This document shows positions 36,591-46,551 of a DNA stretch of 64,000 bases, one piece after another (within the stretch, counting starts at the first letter, position 1; every line of letters begins with the position of its first letter). Below the pieces are notes generated by a model. It was not told where the DNA came from. It was given only the letters and a program-made list of their open reading frames with translations, and made no database searches. Source of the DNA: Setoptus koraiensis (Eukaryota > Animalia > Arthropoda); assembly GCA_048013815.1 (NCBI GenBank), contig CM106585.1, positions 2,356,001 to 2,420,000 on the forward strand, read 5' to 3'. The position numbers and the translations under genes were made by a program.

Positions 36591-39500
36591 ATGCAACAAC
36601 AACCACCAGCTACCACAAACAATCGCATCAGGCTGAAAATGTTTGAGTGCAGGCCTCATTTAAGTGACCAGATTGATAGCACCACCAATTGCTGCCAGTT
36701 GAGGGCGAAAAAAGTTTCGTCGAGCGATAATAAATTAATAATGAAGACACGTCAACAACGCCAACTAATTAAAATAAAAACATTAGCGTCACTGTCGGTG
36801 ACCAAGCGATCAGCTGTGATTAAAAGTAAACATGATCAAGTATCATCCATCCATTATCACGATAGAATCCGTCGTAATTATAACAATGTGATTGCATGCT
36901 GTTTGGTGTCGTTTTGCATCATGTTAACTAGCTGTATGCAAAACTACGCCACAGCACAAACAACAACAACAGCAACAACTTCAGCTACCGTTGGCGAGTC
37001 ACCCAAATTGGGCTCATTGCCCGATTTAGTGAGCGAAACAAGCGAGGAACCCGTGTTGGCCATACCTGGCCAAGATGTGTATATATCGTGTGTTGCAAAG
37101 AATTTGCAAAACTATACCGTTTTGTGGCGATACTCAAACGATGGCAAGTCGATTGATGCGTCAGACAACAACGGCAACAATCAAGCGGCCGACAATAGTC
37201 AATTGTTGACCGCCGCAAAACAACGAGTAACAAGTGATACACGTTTCACTGTGATACACGGCGCCCACAATACCTGGCTATTGAAGATATCACAGGTGAG
37301 ATTGTCTGACACAGGTACATACATTTGCGAGACAAACTCTGTGCCAAAAATGAGAGTGTTGCGCCTGTTGAGCGTGATTAAATCAGGCGAGTTGACCGGC
37401 GCTTCCGGTTCCGATTCAAACAGACAGCCCACCAACGGCCAGCAGAGCGGTAAGTAATGGGCCCACATCTTGACAATATTGACAATACTATATGATTACA
37501 ATATTCTATGAATTATATGCTAATTAAGTGATTCCACAATTGCCCGTTAACCAATTGCTCATCGTGTCACTATGAATTTGCTCTGTGACAACTCAATCAG
37601 GCTCGGGCGCCCAGTGGCAGGGCTTCGAACTGAACAACAGGCGCCACTTCAGCCAGATCGAGTACAACTTTACGGATTGCTGCAAACAAGAGTACGTGGC
37701 GCCCCGATGTCAACGTTTGTGTCAATTTCAGCAATTGGCCAGCTCTTATTCCAGCATAAACATTGTGCACGAATGTTTCTCGCAATTGCCCTCAATAACG
37801 CGCTGCATGATAGGAGGCAGAAATCACAGCGATTGTTGCGAGCGTCGCCACATACCGAGCCAGTGTTTTCCCATTTGTGGCCAACAGGGCGACATTTCGC
37901 AAATGTCCGTCAAGGATCAGTATGCCTGCGCCGAGTACACGGCGCCCATAATGGCCTGTAAGTAGTGAGACAGTGTTGCTGTTGTTGACCTGTCGCCAAC
38001 ACCAGCTATCTCTTATCTAACCTGTGCTATCTAGATAGACATGCAAAAACTGGCCGACAAGTGAGCGAAAATATTAGCCAACTCAGGTGACAATGACTGA
38101 CAATGTTGTGGTGATTGTGAGGTCAACACACACACACACACAAAAACAAGTGAGCCTTATGAGTGTGGCACAAGTTTATTTCGTTTTGCTTGACCTGTCG
38201 CGGGCATTATGTTACCTTAATTCTCATCTGTTTACCTGTGTTGTTTGTTTTGCACATGTGTCTTATCAATGTAACAAATTATGATTACTATGTTGGTTTT
38301 TCTTGGCTTGGCGCAACAATCGCATATTGAATATTGGATAATTGTCCACCTCGATAAATGATGACCAATCACCGTCGAATGTCGAATGTCAACCGCCGAC
38401 CGCCGACCGCCGACCACCGACCGACTAACTTGCCAACTAACTTGCCGATGAATCACACAACAACCACAGGCATTGCTGAGGGCATCGACACTCTGCCGGC
38501 GCAACCGGACATGGTGATAGTGGAGGCGGTCAGCTCGACAAAGTTGCGCATCTCATGGCAAAAGGTTAATAGCGAAAGTGACCTGAGAAAGCTAGACGGA
38601 TGGATAATCAATTTGACAAAATTAAGCTCCTTCGAGGAGTCCATACCTGCGACGCTTAGGTCAACTAGTTCGACATCGACACCTCCGACAAGTTCATCAT
38701 CGGCGCCACAAGCGGCAGCCATAACAACATCACCGGCGGCATCAACAAATCCTAACGAAAGGAACAGTCCATTGGCCAATCTCACCATTGTGGACGTGAT
38801 GAACAACTCAAGCCTCGCGGCTATGTCTAAATTGTTGGCTGCAACTAGTGGCACTATTAGTCTTAAATTAAACAAGAGCAACAACGAATTTGATATTGAT
38901 AATCTAAAACCATACACTGTTTATCAGATACAAATGTTCAGCTACAATAGATTAGGCAGAAGCCAATTGACGGACCCTATCAGAGCGGTGACATTGTCGC
39001 CAGAGAGCGACTCTAAATCTAGTTCCTCATCAATGGACAGCAACAAGCCACAAGAGGACATTGAACCGCAATTGCCAGACACCAGAAAATGTTGCCAGAG
39101 TCGCGGCGTAACCCTCAAGCGGTGAGTTAATATCATGAGCACTTGTTGATTGTCGCAACTGATAGCCAACAAACCGCTTTCATGCGCTTTCATTTTGTAA
39201 CGTTCATTCATTAACTTGTTACTATCTCTATATCATATATCTGTATAATAATATTATTTGCATTCATTTCAATCATTATCATAATTATCACCCAACAGCT
39301 GTCTCGATACACTGTGCGACCCCGTTGAGGCCGACAAGGCCTCCATAGCCGATCTGATGATATGCGCGCCCTGGTCAAACATTACGTTCAGTTGTTTGTC
39401 GTCGTCAGTTGATCATACGCAATGTTGTCAGAGGCGCGGAGTCAGTCCATTCTGTTTATCCATGTGTAGTGGCCAGGTGAAACGTGTCGATTACAGACAC

Positions 39501-42500
39501 TTTAGATGCCTAACTCACATGTCCACCTACACAAATTGTATATTAAAATCGCACAATGTTCTGCCAGGACCGCCGCACAATTTCACTGTTGGCCCCATTA
39601 CGGCAACGTGGGCCGTGCTCAATTGGCGTCCAGCAAGTCAACAAACCAATACTATTCAGGGCTACAGGATTTTTTGGCGCAAGGTGACGTCGCCCTTGTT
39701 GCCGGGCAACCAATCAACAATGATTGCCACTTCAACAACAAGCCCTAAACAAGCCAGAGGCGATTTGGGTGGCGGCCCGAACGACGAGGATCAAGGCAAC
39801 GACGAATACTTTTATAATATCTCGGAGGCTGCCACAAATCCCTATTTGTTGGACGCCTTACAACCGGACACTGTGTACGAGACGTTTGTTGTCACCGTCA
39901 ACAAGTATGGCCAATCAGAAACTTCTGTTAGATTTATTTTTCAAACATTGACAGATCCTGAAGTGTTAATGCAGCGCAACGAAAACAAACTGTTACTGGC
40001 CAACAGCACTATTAATGGCCAAAATGAGGCTATGATGGGCTTCAACGAAACAGAATGTTGTGTCAACAGTGGCGTACACAATCAATGCCAACAATTGTGC
40101 GATTATGATCTCAAGATAACAGATGTGTCTAGTCTAATAACAACCTGTTCAAGTCAGATGCCAAGGATATTACGTTGCATGGCCGGCAATAGAAACTCAG
40201 TGCCATGTTGCAGAAACAAAAAAGTCAATGATTATTGTTTAAATGTTTGCGCTGGCCTCACTGAATACTCACCACTTATAGTGGCCACTAGATGCGCAAC
40301 AGATTTCGGCAAGATAATACAGTGCATGGACTCCGGTTCCAAGCAGATTCCTGGCGCCCCTCAAGATTTGCATTCTGTGAGAAGTGAGGAGGATAAGATA
40401 ACGCTTAAGTGGCAACCCGCGCCAGAAGACTCCATTAGGGGCGATATCGAATATCAGGTGAGATATCAACAATTGGCCACACAAGATGGTGCTAAAGACG
40501 ATGACACAGAACGTGAATCGTCGGCAATGTCACTGAGTATTCCATTGCATCCATTGGAGCACAATCTCATTTTGACAACCAACGAAACTACGGCCACGGT
40601 GGACAAACTAAAACCAAACACCAAATATAGTATCTATGTTACAGCACAAAATTCATATGGTATCTCGTTGCCATCGTTGGTGCTAGTGGTACAAACTAGC
40701 TCACCGGGCCAATCAACTAATAATCAAAACAACAACCAAAGAGCCACTATCGGTGCTCCTCACTCATTGGAAATACTACATCAAGACACTGAATCTATCA
40801 TTGTCAAATGGATGGCTCCGTTATTTATAAATGCTGACGCAAATCTGAAATACAGAGTATTCTACAAGAAAATCAACAGCAACAATAACAGCTCAAACAG
40901 TACTGGCTCATCGCCAGACCAACAAACGGGCCCAGCCGAGGGTAGCGTAGTTCAGACAACCAACTGGACTATTGTAGAAACTGCCGAACAGGTGATGCAC
41001 TTGAGAAATCTCGATTATTCGTCCCAGTACGCCATTGCAATACAGGCATTTAGTCAGTTACACAATGGCCACATGTCCGAGATTTTGCTGGCGATGACCT
41101 CAAAACCGATTGCGCCAACATTGAACCATCCACTTGTCATAGGCAATCCAATTGAGGGCGGCAATGTCACCCTAATGTGCGTTGCTTTAGGTCAGCCTAT
41201 GCCTCAGATATCTATGTTCATCAATGGACTTTTGGTTCGAAAGAAGACTCAACCATATGTCATATATCATCTAGTTAATCTCACTAGAGGTCATCTAACT
41301 ATATCTTGCTTTGCTGCTAACGGACACGGCAAAGATTATGCTTCTGTGCAAAGTCGCACGGAGGTAGGCATTAAATTTGGAACCAAGTTGGTGACAAGGA
41401 ACAAGCAGGTCACCATGACTGTTCAATCAGTTGCTAGAATAACATGCGAAGTATCGGGCAATCCTCAGCCTACACTAATTTGGACATACAGCCCATTGGT
41501 TTCTAATAGTCGTACTATAAGGTCTGAATCGCCAATAGGTGACACGGGCGCAACTACAATGACACCAATTAACGAAAATGTACCAGTTTCCAACACGGAT
41601 CGTCTGATCACGGCCAATGAGCGTATATCGACGCTTATAGCATCCAACTACGAGAATCCATTCACTTGGACACATACGCTAATCATCAAAAACCTTACTG
41701 TTCAAGACTCGGGCAAATATCAATGTAAGGCCAGGAATCCGATAGCATCTTCCAATGAAACCATAATGTTGCAAGTGCAAGCCAATACGATCACCAATTT
41801 GGATCAATCTTCTGATATATCGGATTGTTGTCGAGCACAAAATGTATCCGCCAATTGTTTGCCAGTCTGTTCAATAGATGGTTTGGACATTGACACAGCC
41901 TTGAAGACACCAGACTGTTATAATGATCTTGACAAATTGATGTTTTGTGCTGCCGATGGTAGCGATCACAGAAACTGCTGTAGATCGAAACATGTACCTG
42001 TTGCCTGTTTGCGATGGTGCTCAGGTAGTAGACTGACGACTCCGACCTTGTGTTTCCTATCGTCAGCCATTGATATAAACAATTGCTTCCAAGAAGGTAG
42101 AGCTTTGTTACCTGGACCACCAAAAAATATGCGTGTCACTGTCGCTTCAGACTTTAATAATTGGTCCAATGATCAATCAGATAATCCCAACGGTGATGGT
42201 GGTAAACAGAAGATGTCGCATTCAGATGATCCTGCTATAAGTAACAACGAATTAGGCACCGGATCAACTCCTACGAGCAATAGTATTGACTCTACATCAT
42301 CTGGTATTGACAATTCTGCTCCTGTAAGCTCTAATAATAGTCAGTCGAGTTTATCGGAACCATTGGTGATTGAATGGGATCCGCCAACAAGAAATCCTAC
42401 ATTAGTGCAATTCTATCGTGTGTTTTGGCGACAATTTGGCACTAAAGACTTAAACAGAACTACCACCAATAAGACTTATATAGTGTTAGACACATTAGAT

Positions 42501-42926
42501 ACAAACAAGATGTATGAATTCATTGTCAAGGCAGGAAATCATCATGGAACCTCTGTCTATAGTGATCCATTAACAGTGACCCCGTCAGAGGCTATAGCTG
42601 CCCATCAGGCGGCTCAATCAAATATGGCCAGTCCATGGTTTTTATCCAGCTCAAATGGTTCACCATCAATAGTTGGCAGAGTGTTGTTATCTATTTGTTT
42701 TGCCACAATGTTTATGTTTGGCTCGATGGCCATTGTGGTATTCCTAGAGAAAAAAGGTTATCTAAAGAGATTTGCAAGCAGTAAATCTAATAGTGCACGT
42801 GTTAGTTTTGCTAATCCTACATATATGAAAGATTCTGGTGATGGTGCTGGCGATATAGCGATAGTTCCTGTAGTAAACGGTACGTCTTTAAATGTGTTAA
42901 ACACCTCCAGTAATGGCAATAGCTAA
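36591..42926 (+). CDS. Ig-like and fibronectin type-III domain-containing membrane protein with Cys-rich DB modules (IGDB type), join(36591..37449,37601..37957,38470..39121,39299..42926), about 1831 aa
   Basis: All three GT-AG junctions are phase-compatible: G|GTAAGT..ATCAG|GC, T|GTAAGT..CACAG|GC and CG|GTGAGT..AACAG|C. Domains seen are an Ig domain (VYISCVAKN..VLW..DTGTYIC), four paired-Cys DB modules (xxxCC..xxv...C...C, NHSDCC/DHTQCC/DHRNCC), several FN3 repeats (L.W..P...Y..L.P.T.Y), two more Ig domains (DSGKYQCKARN), a TM helix near 42680-42745 and a cytoplasmic FANPTY. Confidence 0.9.
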
Positions 42927-43586
42927 TTTTAATAATTTTATCATTATTGTATATCACTAGCATGTTTTGACAGCGACAATATAATTGAAGTATAATTTAG
43001 TAAATTTAGAAAATGTAGAAACTCTAGAAAACTAATTTGAGCAGATGACCTTTAACTTTTCACATCCTAGGCAACAGCAACACCAATCAAAATACCTAGT
43101 ATTACAATGAGTAACAATAATTATGTTATGGTTGTCACGCATTTTGATTAGAGCGAAGCCACCAATATTCGCTCATATGTAAAATAATAATTTTTTCCCC
43201 TCATTAGTGCACTCCTAAGAAAAGCCACTGATTGTGCGTGTTCGTTCTTTGAAATCAGTTTGAGAGAGAGAAAGGAAAAGGCACATGAAAATCTGCATAA
43301 AACCCGATTGTAAATAAACAAAAACTCCCAATTCGGGTTCAAATTTATAACTGAATTCACATCATTGACCAAATTGACCACAACAGGTGGAATCTGTTTC
43401 ATATTTATTAATTTAGAAAAACTCGTTGTTTCAATGCACAATTAATTCAATTTCTGTCATCAGTTGAATATATTGCTGTACAGATTTATTTATCGATCCT
43501 CAAAAAAATCAGTTATTATATTTCTACACAAAATTGCTCAATCGCTCATGACAAAGATAGGACTCACTTATTAATAACTGCTCATC

Positions 43587-45230
43587 ATGAATGGAACAAT
43601 TATAGAAAATTTGTCCAACCGAAAACTGATCATCTTACTTATTTCATTATTTTCAATTCAATTAATTTGCTTTTACATCGGAGCTTTTATTGCACCAGCC
43701 CCATCAAGTTATGAACAATTCACTGCTCATAGATGTCTGAAAGATGATAGATCTAAATTGGCCATACAAAGATCTTACACTAACAACATGGAAAATCATG
43801 TAACCAAGAATTGTCATACTATCTACGGAGATCACGAAAATACGACATTTGTGGTACAATTACCATTTCCCAGAGATAAAATAGTACTTAATTATTCAAG
43901 ATGGATGCAGTCGCTACTATTAATCATCTCTGTAGAGTTCAACTATGAGCCGATGCTCATGGGTGATAATGGCGCCAAACAATCTGTCGAGGCAGAATTA
44001 GAATTGCATATGGATGTAGATCTCGGAGTAATGAATAGAGGCGATACAGATTGGAAACTTTATGCACGTAAAGAGGGATTGAAACGAACCACATACTGTC
44101 ATGGTGATCATCTTCAATCTGGACACAAAATCGATTGCGATCTTGTACAAATGTTTGAACTGCAATCACTTCATTATAACTATTATTTAATCAATTTACA
44201 GCTCCGCGAAGATCTCATGGCTAATCAGTCAAATCAAGTTGGCAAACTAGCCGAAATCACGGGTGTAGCTATCCATCAGAACGGTGGCTTTACGCAGATA
44301 TGGTTGGCACTAAAAACAGTATTTTTTTGCATGATTTTCTCGACGCTTTCTTGGTACTACCGGCGCTTAATTAGAATACATCGTGACACCACCCTCATTG
44401 AGAGAATACTCTTAGTGCTAGCTACAGTTTTAACAATTCTGAATGCACCTATAGAGTTTCTATCTCTTACCTATGACCTACCATTCATGTTATTTGTGAA
44501 CGATTCAAGACAAGGTGTATTCTATTGTGTCTTACTATCATTCTGGATTATATTTGTTGGAGAGCACCTGTTGGATGGTGCGAGAAAGAACAATCGTTTG
44601 GCCTCCTATTCCAAAGAACTGCTAGTTATTTGCATCGCATCAACTTCATTGCTCTTGTTCGACTTGTGTGATCGAGGAGTACAGGCTTTCGATCCCTTTG
44701 CGACAATATGGGAGACAGATCCAAGATATGCGAAAACATTCATATTTACCGCTTCCGTCGCTTCTTTAACCTATCTAGGATTTCTGGCACACTATATTTA
44801 TCTGGCCTACCGTACTATATCCAACAAGCAAAGAAGTTTGCCTGCGATGCCTCTTACCCGTCGCCTAGTTTATCAAGGAGTGATATATAGATTCAAGTTC
44901 TTGCTATCAGCCACATTAATATGCGCTTTTAGTACATTTTTATTTTATGTTTTCACACAGAAGTCTCAAATTGATGATGAACGTTATGGCGAGAGTTCCA
45001 TAGAGTGGACCTCAGCGATGTTCATAACGGTATATGCCATGTGGAATTTGTATGTAATTGTATTATTAATATTTTATGCACCATCCCACAAAGGACTTGA
45101 CGGTGATAGCTCATCATCAGAGCAGATCGAGTTTGATTGTTTGACCGATGACAGAGAGGATGAGCTATCACTGGGAGGCGGAAACATGAAGTTACTTCAA
45201 GATCTCACATCTAAAACATCTATGGATTGA
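43587..45230 (+). CDS. wls: Wntless (Wls/Evi/GPR177) Wnt secretion factor, single exon, 547 aa
   Basis: MNGTIIENLSNRKL..FYIGAFIAPAP N-terminus, YSRWMQ, FELQSLHYNYYLINL, IHQNGGFTQIWLALKT, LNAPIE, NDSRQGVFY..LLSFWIIFVGEHL, YQGVIYRFKFLL and MWNLYV...YAPSHK are Wntless hallmarks; there are multiple TM segments. Confidence 0.97.
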   Translation: MNGTIIENLSNRKLIILLISLFSIQLICFYIGAFIAPAPSSYEQFTAHRCLKDDRSKLAIQRSYTNNMENHVTKNCHTIYGDHENTTFVVQLPFPRDKIVLNYSRWMQSLLLIISVEFNYEPMLMGDNGAKQSVEAELELHMDVDLGVMNRGDTDWKLYARKEGLKRTTYCHGDHLQSGHKIDCDLVQMFELQSLHYNYYLINLQLREDLMANQSNQVGKLAEITGVAIHQNGGFTQIWLALKTVFFCMIFSTLSWYYRRLIRIHRDTTLIERILLVLATVLTILNAPIEFLSLTYDLPFMLFVNDSRQGVFYCVLLSFWIIFVGEHLLDGARKNNRLASYSKELLVICIASTSLLLFDLCDRGVQAFDPFATIWETDPRYAKTFIFTASVASLTYLGFLAHYIYLAYRTISNKQRSLPAMPLTRRLVYQGVIYRFKFLLSATLICAFSTFLFYVFTQKSQIDDERYGESSIEWTSAMFITVYAMWNLYVIVLLIFYAPSHKGLDGDSSSSEQIEFDCLTDDREDELSLGGGNMKLLQDLTSKTSMD

Positions 45231-45431
45231 AATTTCAATGTGACCTATCGACGATATCAACATCGATATACCACTGATTTTATTTATTGTTACTGTAATG
45301 ATTTAAAACACAGTGATGACATTAAAGAAGACTAACAACAGATGTAAGAGTATATGGATAGCGGTAGTTCACCATCGATATAAAACAATTGAATGTGTTC
45401 GTTCTCAACTGTAAACGCAGTTGTTATTTTT

Positions 45432-46022
45432 TCAGTGACTAGCTGATCTTTCGTTAAACGTCTCTTCATCATCGAGATGTGACAGAATATGCATGTTTGG
45501 CTTGAACAACTTCATTCTTTTCTTCTGCAACTTTGCCCTGAGCAACTTCAGTTTGGTTCTGCCGATTTTAAAAATCTTGAAAGCTTTTCCGAATCGCTTC
45601 CGGGGAGGTGGTGTACTTGTGGTGGTAGCGCTACGAGTGTGATTAGCGATCACTGTTGAATTGGGTGCCCTTCTGTCCCCTCGAACACCAAGATCCTCGT
45701 CAGGGCCATCTTCATCATCTTGAATTACTCGGTCAACCAGTCTAGATAGTGCTTTCTCACCTTTCGTCAATATTGGTCGAGCTGCCTCTATCAGGTCTTG
45801 ACCAGTAGTTTCAATGAAGTCTTTCATAAGATCGGGATCGTCTGCTTCATCTGCATGTGTTATGACATAATGTACATCATCATCATTTGAATTTGTGTGA
45901 CTTGGTGAATTTGTATTCTGGTTAGTCTGATTCAATGATTGACATAGAATATGTGTGGCGTCGTATGAAAACAAGGCTCCGAAAGCTATTAAAATCCAAA
46001 TCAACTCGGTGAGTTTAAACAT
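45432..46022 (-). CDS. Small secreted orphan protein (196 aa): signal peptide, acidic middle and cationic segment flanked by multibasic sites
   Basis: ATG start with hydrophobic MFKLTELIWILIAFGALFSYDA. It contains D/E-rich blocks (DEADDPD, DDEDGPDED), then RKR-FGKAFKIFKIGRTKLKLLRAKLQ-KKR. Confidence 0.7.
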   Translation of the reverse strand: MFKLTELIWILIAFGALFSYDATHILCQSLNQTNQNTNSPSHTNSNDDDVHYVITHADEADDPDLMKDFIETTGQDLIEAARPILTKGEKALSRLVDRVIQDDEDGPDEDLGVRGDRRAPNSTVIANHTRSATTTSTPPPRKRFGKAFKIFKIGRTKLKLLRAKLQKKRMKLFKPNMHILSHLDDEETFNERSASH

Positions 46023-46551
46023 TTTGACAAGACCTTTCTGTTACTTGGGTGTTATTCATTTGATGGTGAGTAAAGTTTAGAGTGAGCACTAATGATCAAC
46101 TGAAGTCTCAACGCGACCACAAACGAGATCTAATTGATACATGAATTGATAATTTCATCGATTAATTGAGGAATCGTATAGGTTCATGTATCGAAGAATT
46201 TTGCCGCATGCGCAAAACAAAATAACATTCCTTGCTCATCGAATCTGGGCGAATGCGGAGTTCGATACTCTCTCAACTTGCAGTATTAATTCAATAAACT
46301 CTTGCCAACTGAATACAATGTCATTGAGACATATTCAAAACGAAAAATTGATTCAAAATTGAGTGATCGAGTTTATCATATTCTAATGAGAGATCCACGA
46401 AACTAGATGGTTTCAGTCAGACTTGTCCCAATAAAAAAGGAGCAAGATATATTTATTCTTTAGTTTTTGCATAGATATGTTTTCTTTCTGTCCATATTTA
46501 CAAATACATATTATATAAAGAGTTTTTCGCCCATGGTTGTCACCTAGTTCG

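Noticed and set aside
46240-46290. GGAGTTCGATACTC, a tRNA B-box-like motif
   Set aside because: No cloverleaf stems or A-box upstream.
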